In this document: positions 27,181-52,499 of the stretch, piece by piece
Layout of the letters: every line of letters begins with the position of its first letter
Numbering within the stretch: position 1 is the stretch's first letter
NCBI RefSeq assembly: GCF_031769215.1
Contig: NW_026782057.1
Coordinates: 682,001 to 746,000 of the forward strand
Source: Ylistrum balloti
Lineage: Eukaryota
DNA length: 64,000 nt
Direction: 5' to 3'
Notes under the pieces: model-generated
What the model was told of the DNA's origin: nothing
The model's input: the letters and a program-made list of their open reading frames with translations, nothing else
Database searches by the model: none
Position numbers and translations under genes: made by a program

Positions 27181-29973
27181 AACACAGACACTAGCTACTC
27201 CACGCAGAAAAAGGAAGAATAGGACGATTTATCCCGACCATTTTGGTAACGAAATAAGGAGGACTAGACATAAGACATACATGTCCAGAATTTAGTATAG
27301 TGGCTGATTTCTGCCATTTCGTTGTGTCGCCCCGACAGAACGATGATCTTTGTATTTTCCGACCCCCGCTAATTATTGTCATGCAACATAACGAAATGAT
27401 GCCACAACGACATTGTGAAATCCTTTGGCCAATTAATTTTCGTCTTTTCGCCGCAACAAAACAAAACGTTATGTCACCCCGCTAGTTATTGCTTTTATCG
27501 GCTACAGAACAAAACAACAAAATGGTAGAAATAAGCTACCATGATAGACTAAGATGTGGTGATGGATGTACCTCGTCCTTGAGCAGTTTGATATTGCTAG
27601 AGTATCTGGTGTTACTTACCGGACAGACTGAAATTAGGAAGCTCTAAAAGGATCACAATCAGTAAAATGAAAAATATCAACAACAAGAATTTTGACATTA
27701 AATTATCGCTTCAGGGACAGAAGCATGTCCGTCTACCACCTCTAATTTTCCATTAATTACGGAATATTCGTAGCACCAGTTCATATTTGGTTCTCTTTTT
27801 TTTTCGTTTAATGGTTCTACCCGTCAAGGTCCATGCTATTGTCTCCCTGCTGTGGACAACCTTTGGATTTGTTCCACAACTCAATGGAATTTCAGATATT
27901 TTTGTTTGTAGTCCCTCTGCGAGCTCATGGCAGTCCAGTAAGTTGGTGTTTCTCAAGTGTTGTTCTAAAAATCTCCTTGAAACTTAATAAGCTTGTACTG
28001 CATATTATATTTTGAGATTGTGATACAGTCTTATAGATATTGGATTAAATATCAACGGGTAATTGTAATTCAAAGTGTACTTGGCAATATTGGGGTTGTT
28101 AGTGTGTCCACAAATTTCACAGCTTTTTGAGAAAACAAGATTTCGACACTGTGCATATTTGAACATTTAAACTCACGTTTTAGCCGTGAAATTACTGATT
28201 TAGCTTACAAAAATAAATAAGAAAGATTTTCACGGTGAATCTTGAAAAAGTACAAGGAGAGTAAGACCAGAAGATAATGCATCTTTTACCTCATCGCCGA
28301 CACCCACCATGTAAACCTTGGTCAATCTAAGTAAGTAAGGACACATTCTCAAATGAGAACAAAGTATACAACAACGGAATCAATAGACAAACGAACAAGC
28401 ATCAAACACGTCCAGCTTCATATAACACAAAAGATATTTCTCAACGAGATCACGATGACGATCATACAACATCCCCATAATTTTCATCAACCTGCATCGT
28501 TTGAAAGAAATATGTCGACTGCCGGACATTTTGTTTTGTCTAAATGGTCTGCAAAAATAGGAATCTGGAAACACTCACTTTCAATCTTTAAAATGACACT
28601 TCCAGTACTACCCAAGAATTAACAAGGAACGAGAATATTGTTTAAGGATAGACAGACTATTGTTGGGCTGGTGACTTTAAGTGTTTGCCTTATTAATAGC
28701 TCCGTCTAGATCTCCAGTCAGTGTGATTTTGAAATAGGGTCTTTGTGTGGTAAATGGTGACTTCCATGAAACCATCACATTTTTTCATGTCCAATTTGGT
28801 TAAAATATCCGAAGATACAGCCTTAACTGTGCAGGACAGGTTTTGTGAATTAAATACAGATTCATTTGCTGCGTAAAATGTTTAATAAAATACTAATACT
28901 TGTATATAAAAAGTTTCTTATTGGGAATTACATATACAGTGTACTTTATAATTGTTAAAAAATCAACCTGCATCACTGTTTACATGTATCTGATTATAGA
29001 ACCTCAAACATATAAGTAGAGAACAGAGTAAACTGTAGCCACTTGGATCACAGCAAAAATCTATACCATTCCAAAAGTCAGATTTCCATTTAGTGACCTG
29101 TAGCGTGTTTTACATCTAAAGAACTTTTTGCTTCTATTCTTAAAAAGGAACATTTGGTTTAAATGATGCTTTGTGCTTCATGTTGATTTTAATTCAACCC
29201 CTGTATCATTCTTTTATTATTCACTAGCTATTGCTAAGTAAATAAGACCTAAAACCTAGTCACCAAAACATTTCCCAGATAGTTCTGGTACTAGAAATCT
29301 ACAGAAAAAGCATGTAAACTCCTGGCTGCCAAGTCATTTAAATGAACCTTTCAGATTTCAACACCTTTGACCTCATTGAATTTCACATTTTAATGATTTT
29401 TATCATTTGAAAGTCTAATTCTAGAGCCAAAGAATTTTTCGGTGAGTGTAACAAAGGCCAACTCTGCAGATTGCTCAATATGACACAGACTAATAGGTTC
29501 TGAGGAATCATAGGACACTCCTCTGCCATGGCTGCCACACTATGATGTAAGCACATTTGGACCAAATGGGCCTGTATTGCTAACCTGGTATGCATTTTAT
29601 AAAGAAGATTTTTCAGTCAAGTCCATTTCGGCAAGTTTTTCTCCAAGCATATTCTTTAATACAAGTACCATGACTTGAGACCTATTGAGAAGAAGTTGTG
29701 AGATATTTCAACAACAAACTTGGTAACCTTTCATCTCAGCATACCATACTGTCCCAATGTCATGACCCAGGGCTTCTTGTTACATTAGATTTTCATATAT
29801 CTGACCCCTGTGATCATGTAAAGATCCATCATAAAAACTTCGTCTTTCATGGAACTAACCAAATATTATGAGGCTGGGCCTATTGGTTATTGAGAAGAAT
29901 ACCTTTAAAGGGAATTTGACAATGAACAGAGAGATGTTGTGACACACCATAAGCTTGTTTGCCCCTCTAACAG

Positions 29974-30150
29974 CATCCTAAATACTCCAGGGGTTACAAT
30001 CACATTTGATCACTGTACCCTTGGAACATGTAATGGTAAAAAGTTTTTTCTCCTGGAAGCAATCAAATTACTTCGCTTGTGTATTCAATTTTGCCATGAC
30101 ATGTTCCCGGGGTGCAGATAGTAAAAGTGATCCCTGGAGTATTGAGGATT
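29974..30150. mobile_element. MITE copy 2 (internally deleted)
   Basis: Same TIRs as copy 1. Flanks ctctaacag / ctccagcag (7/9 identical). Confidence 0.7.
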
Positions 30151-30769
30151 CTCCAGCAGATGAGTTAAAATAATATAACTTGCTTTCATTGTGACATTAT
30201 AGAAAGCATGTAGTAGCAATATCCTGATATATTGTAAATAGTTTGGGAAAATGATTAAAAATATTATCATATAAGTGTACTGATGGAATTTTGATTGAAT
30301 GGAAATAAAAATTGTACTTCATATTACAGTAGCATGTTAGGATCAACCAAACAAGATATAGAAATCAAACCAGTATATGTGCAACAACATATTTTGACCT
30401 GCATGTCCACAGAGACTAGAAATGCTGCAGGTCAATTATCCTTTATATCAACTTACCACCAAAGCCATTGACTTTATTGCACATTTAGCAAATTAAAATC
30501 TCCTTGGATTCCCCTTTTTATAAAGTACTGCTTTAAGTGAATCAAAATTTATATATATAACATCACTAAAAGTCATTATCACACATGTTAAAACACTTGA
30601 AATAAATACATTGCTCTCCCATGTACATCAAGTGATATGTACTTAACGACATTATTCTTAAAAATTATACCCTGAAACTACCAGTAATATTTCACATTTC
30701 TGATGACCAAATACTTTTTCAATGCTGAAAATACTGAGTTATTTGTTAAAATCATGAATGTCGTAATCA

Positions 30770-32112
30770 CTAAAAACTTTTACGATAAATTTCTTTGATT
30801 TTGTCATCAACATTAACAAAATATGTCATTTTAATCACATGTTCTTTCGCTAAAGCAATATTTTTTTCTTTGAAGGCCTTTGATATTTCAACCAAGCAAC
30901 CTTCCAAACGTTGGTTGTTTTCTGTCTGTATTCTCAGCAAGGCCTCTGGACAATCCACATCTGCCAGTTCTTCATTTATTTCCATGATCTCCATTAGAAA
31001 GTCTGGGTCCACATCACTATTACTTTCTTCTATAGGTTGATTGTTCAGCTCTAGTAGATACAAGGCTCTAGAAAGTGGTTTTGTTAGAGTCATATATGCC
31101 TTGTTGACTAAAGAAGATTGTGTCTCGGCTAGGTCTCTCTCTTTCTGAAACAGAATTCAAATCTTTTTGGTCTTTAATACGATGTAATTATGATATTTTT
31201 ATTTTATTTTATATTGGGGCATATTGTTTTTGTGCTGTCTGTTTGTTTATCTGTTGTCAACTTTCTCCTTGCCCATAACTATTTCACTGAAAGAAATTGA
31301 GCTTTCATATATGGCCTGTGTATTCCTTGTGACAAGATATTTCTGGTGGTACCATGTGACCTTGATCATGACACTTTACATACATTTAAAAAATTTCAAC
31401 ATTGGCCATGCCTATTGCATCATAAGAGGTATGGCTTTCATATTTGTCCCATTTTAGAATTTTGTCGCAACCAGATGACTGGATATATGTAACCACACAA
31501 GTATTTGCTGAAATGATGTTACATGACAAGTTCAATAGAATTTTGTAAAATTTGGTCGATGCTCAATGAAATTCTTGAAGTTGATAGACACAGTATTAAC
31601 TGCACATGCAATCTTCATCTCACCTCAGTCTTCTGGCTGTACTTATCTGGATGCAGAATCTTCTGTAGCTCCTTGTAAGTGAACGCTAATGCTTTCAAGT
31701 CAACATCAAATGTCTCCTCAATATCTAAAACTTGGAAATAGGTTAAATCAGACACTTCCTGGACAATACCACATTCACAAATAAATAATTCAGATCTACC
31801 ATTTTGTGTTCTGCCACATTTCCAACAATTTCTCCCAGTCAGCGTGGATAACGATCTGTTCACAATACATGTGATTTCCGACAAAGTGAAAGTAGGCTTG
31901 TCACTAATATGACCTCTTTGTAAGACAGGCGAGGCTACCAAATGGTTTGGTTTAAAAACAGTAATTCCATAAAACTTTCTCTTGCAGAAGTATCCATTAA
32001 GTATATCTGAATGTACATCATTATTTTGTTTCACTCTAAAATACGTTTTACCGATAGATTTCTTCGACTCTGTGAGGCAACGGCGTAGCATGACTCTGAT
32101 GGGGGCAGACAT
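30770..32112 (-). CDS. HSCB: Mitochondrial Fe-S cluster co-chaperone HscB/HSC20. Exons: 32112-31624, 31144-30770
   Basis: Basic N-terminal presequence, CWKCG...FICECG cysteine motif, J-domain with YKELQKILHPDKY, SSLVNKAYMTLTKPLSRALYLL, and C-terminal DPDFLMEIMEINE domain. Phase-0 intron. Confidence 0.93.
31215..31480. mobile_element. HINE-like element fragment in the HSCB intron
   Basis: ggggcatattgtttttgtgctgtctgtttgttt...tttcatat...gtgacaagatatttctggtggtacc matches 54010-54140. Confidence 0.5.
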
Positions 32113-32224
32113 TTTGATTCTCGCGAGATTAAATCACGTGCTTACACTATCAGCCCTGTTCAAGAATCGTAAATCCCGCGAGAGTTGAATTCATTTTTCG
32201 TTTATCCGTCGATCACCAGTAAGT
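32113..32224. promoter_or_regulatory. Putative bidirectional promoter of HSCB and LSM6
   Basis: TCTCGCGAGA (32119-32128), CACGTG (32135-32140), TCCCGCGAGA (32174-32183) and a plus-strand donor CCA/gtaagt at 32219. Confidence 0.6.
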
Positions 32225-33644
32225 ATCTTTTTTAAATTCTCTAGTTTATTAGTCCAAAGATGACCAACGCTGTCCATACAAAAAATTACTTCTGAACGAC
32301 GTTTGAGCCGTGTCATATAATCAGTGCTTAAAAGTGACCACACGAAACAAAGAAAGTATTCTTGTACATGTTGAAGGGTTGCGTTAAACAAAAACACAAA
32401 ATGAAAAATACATAATTTATTGGTAATATTAAGTAGTGGGTTATATGCGATAGTAAGATTTAAAGATGGTAATTTATACGTGTGGAAGCTAAGTTTGTAA
32501 ATGAGAGGACATGTTACAGATACATTTAGATTATGAATTGTAACTTTGGGTGCAAACAGTACACACGTACATGCGCCATCATAAACATTTTCTTTTTGAC
32601 CGATATGAGCTCCTTGACTTCTACATACACTTATTAAAGATAGGCTGAGTGTTGCAACTTGCGGTAAGTAACATATATTCTATGACCATGTCTCATCGCC
32701 CTTTATATACAAAATTTCAAATTATGAACTTTGTCTTAGCTTTCAGGTATAAGATTTCCATATTACCCTTTTTAAAATGAATTTAAACCAGTTTCATTGC
32801 ATAACAAAATACAAATGGATTGGACACACACTATCAATGTTCTCTCCATAATACAAGTATACTTCAGTCACTGTTTCATGCATCAACATCAAATTTGTAA
32901 TGTACATGTGTAGTTAGATTATGAAAACAGAACAACTTATGTTTCATACAATCACTTTTATGAGCAGATCAGTTTGACTTCAGACGCAAGAAAATTACCA
33001 GACTTGGTATACAAATCTTGAGTATTGATACAGGGTCCTCAGATGTACCACAGGATGCCACATATTTACATGTAGACATCAGACTTGATATCTTGTGTAT
33101 CAATCCAGGGGCTTTAGATTAGACCACTTTACTTTCTTAGCATTAAGCTTTCAGTTTGTTTTTGGAGTATATCTCCTCTTCTGTATGTAGTCTTGAAGAT
33201 TTGTGAACATATAAGGTAAAAGGTTAGGTCATTACATGTGACCTTCCAATTACCTTTGTGGGCAGTTTCTGTTGGAATTTGTTAGGTTAGGTAGACCCCC
33301 AGAATGGATAGGATCTGCAAAATTGCCTGTAGCAGTTTAGAATATATGCACTCGTTAGAAAGGAAATGTGTCATATATGGCATATACTGTTTGTTAAAGT
33401 CAATGACCAATGACCTACATTACCTGAAAAACTGGTTCTTTGGTATTTGTACCATTTCATATACTTAGGATCTTCAGGGTTTTTTTTATTTGGGTAGTAC
33501 ATGTTCAGAAGTTTGTGAAGTATTATTACCAGAACATGATTTTGACTTTTTGCCTTTATTTGCATCATTCTTTTATCATATTTTGAGTAGCATGAAAAAT
33601 TGCTGTTATTTGGGCACATAGGACAGGTTGGGTCAATTCAAACC

Positions 33645-33949
33645 CATCCTCAATACTCCAGGGGTTACGATCACTTTCGTACCTGAAGGTTCTATGTGCC
33701 ACACCTTGTTAAAAAGAAAAAAAGACTACAACACTAATTTGATTCCTCATATATTCATCAAACAAATCTCAAGGTCGCATAACAGTACATTGTGATGGTT
33801 TTGAAATTGGGTGTCGCACCTTTGTAATCTTTAAAAAGAGTGTATCAGCTTGTGATTGGTCAGTGTTTTTGTGCCTTCCATTTTGCCATGACAAGCATTT
33901 AAGGGATGCAGAGATTGCAACCCCTAGAGTATCAAGAGTATCAAGGATG
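33645..33949. mobile_element. MITE copy 3, between the HSCB promoter and the first LSM6 coding exon
   Basis: Same termini. Perfect 9-bp TSD attcaaacc at 33636-33644 and 33950-33958. Confidence 0.8.
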
Positions 33950-34549
33950 ATTCAAACCTGATAAAGCATTTAATAGTCTTTGCAATTCTGATTATAAATA
34001 GCCAAGATATATTATATTTGCTGTTGTTTGTAATATTTTAATGGAAAATTTTGCTTCTCTATGTGTTTACAATCATTAAATTGCATTAACATGGTACCTT
34101 GGTCTGGACTATCGTGAGACTGTGTAGGGATGCTTCTCAAAACAAATTTTAGGTATATGTATAGAGAGATTACTGAAACTGAGACATGAAATACAGCAAA
34201 TATGTAATAAAAGAAAGTGGAAATGCCACAATTATTATTGTTATTGTCTGTTGAGCTCTGACCAAAATAACATCTACTTTTACTATATTTTACTGCTGGA
34301 TGGACATGTGTAAATGTGTTGGAAGGGTTGGGCTTTATATCCTAACCTCTGGTAAGTCTTGATCCTATCTATTTAATATGTTGTCAGTCTTGCAAGGGAC
34401 TGGAGCATAGTATAAACTTAAGGGGTTCCCTCAGAGTCTGTCTAGGAAGACTTCTTTGGTCCGATGTAGTTACTTCAGTGATGGTAAAGATTTTTGATAT
34501 GTGTTATTAGTTAGAAAAAACAAATTGATGTTTTGCTTACATTTCAGAA

Positions 34550-36203
34550 ATGAGTAGAAAACAAACACCTAGTGAATTTTTGAAACAAATTATTGGGAGA
34601 CCAGTTGTAGTGAAGCTGAACTCAGGTGTTGATTACAGAGGTGAGTTACTGGATTTTATTTTATTTCTTTGCATCTGTCCACCTTTTTCTACAAATTGTT
34701 AATAGTCATGAACAACAGCAGATTTTGCCCAAATTTGGTCTGAAGCATTGCTAGATGAAGGGAAACCAATTTGGTATAAATGGTGGGTCTAAGCCTTTTG
34801 GGGCAGGAAAGGCAGGGCCTAGGGACAAAGGATGTTAGTCCAATAGGAAAATAGATATGTTGTGTGTTTTGTGCTGGATATTTAGAATTCCTTTTCCTTT
34901 AGATGTAATGAAGCAATTACAGCCAAGCAAAGCCAGATGAGTGATGCAACCCCAATGGACCTCTTGTTTAAGTCAAATTAGCCTCATAATTCCCTTGCAA
35001 CTGCTTGGGTTGTATGTTTGCATCTGGTTCAATAGTAGACAGGGAAGCAGCTATTTTCCTGCACCCTGTCCAGGTCAAAGAATGAAACATTTTCTTCCCC
35101 ATTAAAAACATTTCCTGGTAATAGTTTTCTAGGTTATACATTTCAATAAACAAACCATTATGATTTTATTTGTTTAATTTTTGGCATGATGAGATTTTGT
35201 CTGATTTTTCGTCAATCTAAAATTATGGTTTGAGATTTCCCAATGTCATGAACTTATCAAAGTTGATTAAGACAAAAAAAATTGAGGTTTTACATGTTCC
35301 CTCACCAACTATATTTGTGAGACTACCACAAACGCTATTAGTATTTGTAAGGGAATCTATATTTGCATGGAAGTTGCATCATATCATAGCTCTGTATTTA
35401 TTCCTAGGTGTGCTGGCCTGTTTGGATGGTTATATGAACATTGCCCTGGAGCAGACAGAAGAATACGTAAATGGTCAACTGAAGAACAAATATGGTGATG
35501 CTTTCATCAGGGGAAATAATGGTATGCTTTACAAATCAAAAGTAAAAACAATGCTGTTATAAGGATGGAAAATGAAAATACAAGTGTATGAACTTTATTT
35601 TTGCTAAAGGCAGACTGCAATAACAATGTATGTAGCACTTCAGAATATGGACACAGAAAATTCTTGAATTCAGCAGTGGGAAATATCCCCTTTGCCCATT
35701 TTAAAACTATACTAATGGTTATTCCAAAATGAATTGCATTGGAAGGACCAATAATATTCACACTGGCATTATGTAAGGAAGGGTAGGATTAAGTCATTAA
35801 TTACACATTTACATGTCTTTCAGATTAGCTGTTAAATATTCCTGGTATAAAAATGTTAATGACCAAGAAAGGTGTCATCCAGTTCAGAAGTTGGGAAACA
35901 TTATCCGATAATTATTAAAAATATACTTCAGGGATAATTTGACACTGACATTAGCTAATAAGTTGGTAAATCAAAAACAGCATTTGATCGTTTCAATTAA
36001 AGGTAAATATTTTACAAGACCATTTGGGGGGAAAGGACTTGGCATCCAGCAAATTTCTTTGCATACAGATAGTTTAACATGTGTATGTTAATTTTATCGT
36101 ACCAGATATGATGAATAAAAACTACAACTTTAGACCATTAAAGTAAAATCTTTCTTTTTCCCTTTCAGTATTATACATCAGTACACAGAAGCGGAGGGTA
36201 TGA
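34550..36203 (+). CDS. LSM6: U6 snRNA-associated Sm-like protein LSm6 (79 aa). Exons: 34550-34640, 35408-35521, 36169-36203
   Basis: Spliced translation MSRKQTPSEFLKQIIGRPVVVKLNSGVDYRGVLACLDGYMNIALEQTEEYVNGQLKNKYGDAFIRGNNVLYISTQKRRV. An AG acceptor 2 nt before the ATG implies an upstream non-coding exon. Confidence 0.97.
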
Positions 36204-38935
36204 GGATTCCTGGACGTTAGTGATGATAGAGTGTAGAAAATGGAAGTGAATGTGCCAAGGATGCAGAGTGTATGTTTTGTGAAGTATGATTGGTATTGAA
36301 GTATGAATGTGTGAAAATAGTGGATATCACAGGAAGATGACAATATGACATTGGAAAAGTGCTTTGCATCATATTACCACAGGAATCATATCCAATGGCT
36401 ATCAATTTGCAGTTTTAATTTTGGCTTGTTTAGCAAATTGTTCTAATTTAAGCAATTTTTGGTCTGTTGATCCAGTTGTCTACTTGAATTAAGTTTAGTA
36501 TATCATCAGCAAATAAGCTACAATATTTTTTGTATTTTTTTTTTGTCTGGTGTATACTGGTTAATTACTCATAATGTTATCTTTTTCTATCAATTTGATC
36601 AAGCAAAGTCACTTTATCACATTACATTTGATATTTTATCATCATGAATATCATGGTCATGTCATTTTATCATAATAAAACAATTGATTTTGTATACTTT
36701 ATGTATTTTGTTTTATATGACTTTTCTTCTTTTGATGGCAGCAATACAATGAAGTTTTGTCATCGAGTGAGTGATGAAAACTGGTGTAGATTTAGAGAGA
36801 TTAAATCATTCATCTAATTTTGATGACTTTCTTGAAAAGACAACACAAAAGTGATTTACTACCAAGGATTTATTGAAGAGGAGATCTAACAAACATGTTC
36901 AAATTATAACATATTGCAAAGTAACTTTACGAGAACTGACACTATAAATACTGTTATACAATAATCAACATAATAAACTCTCCAATATTTAGGGATAAAA
37001 CCACAACCATGTGGTTACTACATCATTAACACTAATCTCCAAACAACTGCAGTAGAGTGACCATTTTTTCTGAACAATAACATTGCTGTACACCGAGATG
37101 TAACAATACTTCTTGTATACCCTAGCATACTTGATATGGCTTATGGCGAATAACGGATAAGATAAAAGTAGTTCTCGTAAATTGTTTGTTAAAATTCATA
37201 ATATATAACATGTTTTTGTACCTTTTAACTGATATTATTTATGTGAACACATATTCCGCATGAAATGTACTGAAATAAATTGTATGATGTTAGTTATTAA
37301 TGTGCATTTGTGCACAGTACATATCTCCAAAATAATATATTGATATATTATGCAAGGCAAATATTGACACATGAAATACATTATTATATTATATGTATGT
37401 ACTTGTAAAAGATATCTCATGTTCTTCCTACATAAAAATACTGTATACCTAGATAAGTTTGAATATTTCATGGTACATGTATACAGTTTGATTTACAAAA
37501 TGCTTAGATCCTGTTGATATTAATTTGTATTTGGAACCAGATAAAAATACTGAAGGATGTTTAGCTCAAAGATTGGAAACTAAAAATCACTTAAATTATA
37601 TAAAGCAGAAGTTTTTCTTTTAGAAATATCAATATATGTATTTCAAAACAGTATTTCATATTGAAGAAAATGAAATTCACCTTTCTTAACATGAAACATT
37701 GGATTCAAAATTCAAATGATTTCATTCTGTTGAGAACATAAACTTTTGCTGGAAGTTTCTTTTGATAATACCTTTAAAATCTACAAAGTTTTAGAATTAT
37801 TAAAGTTTCTGGACCAATTTACAAAGAAATTATGAGTTCATTAACATTTTGACATTTATTGTCACTTAAGTTCTCGTTAGCCTTGTTGCAATACCAAGCA
37901 TAACTTTTATGCAATTTTGTAAGCGCATGAGCACAAATTCTGTTATGTCTGCAAGAATAAGCATAGATGCCAGTAAATGAATGACCTATAGTAAAACATA
38001 ACAATATTAAGATCTTATTATTCACAAATGTGTAGAATACATCTTATATATAGCTAGGAGTCACAATATTGTAGACACAGTGTATAAAGGAAATTAAATA
38101 AATTTGAACACATTTAATCTTAATATCAAATCAAATGTTTCAGATCTATCACATTACACATAACTAAATAACAATTATAGCAATTTCAATTGTAATGTAC
38201 AACTATTTGACAAAATCAAATCGCAGAAGGAAGTTCCGTACTGTAAGCTATTTTATGCAATATACCCTGGTACTTAAAAGTTTTAAAGAGAAATACAGGG
38301 TTTTAAGCATGTATTTGAAAATGGCTTTTAGATTTAATCTTTTGATAGCTGCAGTTGGTCACTCCTAGAGTGAGAGACATGCTTTTTATTGATGGATATT
38401 ATTAATAAAACTTGTCAAGTTAATTGACACTTTGTTCTTGTGAATTCAATGTTCTCTGAATCCTTAGTTTTAAAACCAATGCAATGTAAAGTTAATGCAA
38501 GTAACCAGATACTGTTGATACTACCTTTGTATTTCAAAACATAAATATACTGGAAAGAACACAAAGCACTTTAATGAAATAAATTATGAAAGTTTCATTC
38601 ACAACATCTTACTTAACAAGTAGATCAATGTCCTAGTTCAAAAAAATAGTAAAGAAGATATGGAGGTTACAAACAGAATTTTACCCGTTTCTTTTCTTTG
38701 TTTTTTTTAAAAATGATGTCATCTACTAAACAACCATTTCACTGCCATTCTTGGTCGCTGATATAAAAAAAATAGTGATAACATGACTTCGTGAAAAGAA
38801 ATTTACAGGACTGATCAGGATGATTCATAAACCAAGTTTTAATTTTTAGTAACAAAATATTTCTTCTAAGGATAAAACAATGCTTTGAAAGTCTTCTACA
38901 CAATTTCATAATAATATCTTGTGATATTGCATTGT

Positions 38936-47036
<8,101 letters not shown>

Positions 47037-48822
47037 TGTTGACCTTCACGAAGATGGCGCTGTGTCATTTCCTTATTCAAGATCAAGAAGGTGTTTACGT
47101 TGGATATCGTAACATTAAAGCGATGGGCGCGGTGGTTGAGATACAATTCGGATTTATTTATTTATTTTTCAGTCTTGTAACCAAATAGATTTTAAAAATA
47201 AAATTTGCACATGCACTATCAATCTGATTTCAATTGTTTCTAAGTCTACAGTATTGTGACTCATATTGACAGCTGATAGGACTGACAATGATGTACTGCA
47301 GTAAAATTGTTTTCACAGTTGCAATAACTTGTCATGTTCTGTATTTTAATAACAAAAAATGCTTGGAGTCCGAACTTTATATACTGTTGGCTACTTCCTA
47401 CTTTACTCACATGCATGTTTACATAATCGGTAACGTTTTGTTATGAAATAGCAGTATTGGTTTTTTTTTTAATAGCCATGGTATAATTTCTATCAATACC
47501 TAATTATGCTCCTGACATTTACGTCATTCACCTCTTGAGCATTGCATTCCTAATGCAACTTTTTGTTTTTTGGAATTTATTTCCCTCTTCATTTTTTTTT
47601 TTTTTTTTGCGAGGTTGAGGGGAAGGAATGGAATTTCTTATTTAAATCAAAAGAGAACCATAAGAAAACATGATTGAATCGAGTAATGATTTAAAAGCAA
47701 AATAATAAATCTGTCTAAAAAATGGTGAAACGAGAAAAAATATGAAAAAGGAATAATTCTCACGTTGATACCCGGGAAAGAATCAGGACTGATAGGACTA
47801 AAAACGACAAAATCCTCCGAAAATGATTGTCTCTAAGAACAAGTACATCGTTTTCTTTTTGTTTGGTTCTTACTTCGTAATGCGAATTCACAGGTATATA
47901 ATATTACATTTTACAAACTGGGAAAATGTGGTCAAAAAGATCGATGATATGAAAATTATGAAAACCATGTTTCAAACATTTTTCAGCTGGACTAAGATAT
48001 GATTATTGCTTTATGAAACAATTACTTAACTGGCAGACTAGTCTTCTGTTCTGACGAGCCTTGGCACTTCGAACCATTTCGAGCTGGTTTTGATTTTGGT
48101 GGGTTTTTTTCAGAAAACCACATACTTATACAAAGTTTACGGTAAACGAATGTCTTTTTCCGGATTGCTTGTCACCATTGTTAATTCAACTATTAGACTC
48201 ACCATCTCTATCATGGCGACGCTTTGTTGGTGTCAACATGGTGGGAGACGGGCAGACGGAAGTGACGGCCAGCTGACGACTCAGCTGCGACTCCGAACAC
48301 TCGAGAAAAGGTTCTGCTAGATGCAGCCGAGTTCAGAAAAGTCTACTCAACTCACCACGAAGGTATAACTATTTAAGAAATGGAAACTTTAGCTCTATTA
48401 ATAGAACAAAAAGAATGACAGCTGATCGCAGACAAGTACAAGTCACAATAACCATTATGATGCTTTACAGAAATATTTGATTTCCTCTAAATTTGCAGAA
48501 ATCATTCACTCACGTAATGCTGTTTGTTTTAACTGTATAACGCTTATATGTTGAAGACTTTTCGATTAGTCCAATGTGTCTCGATTAAAAAGCAAAAAAT
48601 ACGAAACCAAAAAACCCAGCAAGAGCAATATCCGGCATTAGTCGAGTTTAGACTACCATTTGCACCCTTATGCATTTGAGTGCATTAAAGGCTTTCTTCC
48701 CTTACAGAACAATAAGGATACATTGTATCAATTAAATAGCTCATGAAAAGAGAATAAATTCTTGGTGCTCATTGATATGTAAAGAAGCTAATTTTTATGT
48801 AATTATATTTGAATAGGTAACT

Positions 48823-52499
<3,677 letters not shown>

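Noticed and set aside
28640-28830. TTAA-GG...CC-TTAA bounded segment suggesting a Kolobok or piggyBac MITE
   Set aside because: The inverted termini do not match beyond two bases.
48047-48085. CTGACGA-GCC-TT-GGC hammerhead-like start
   Set aside because: No GAAA follows the stem, and there is no stem I or stem III.
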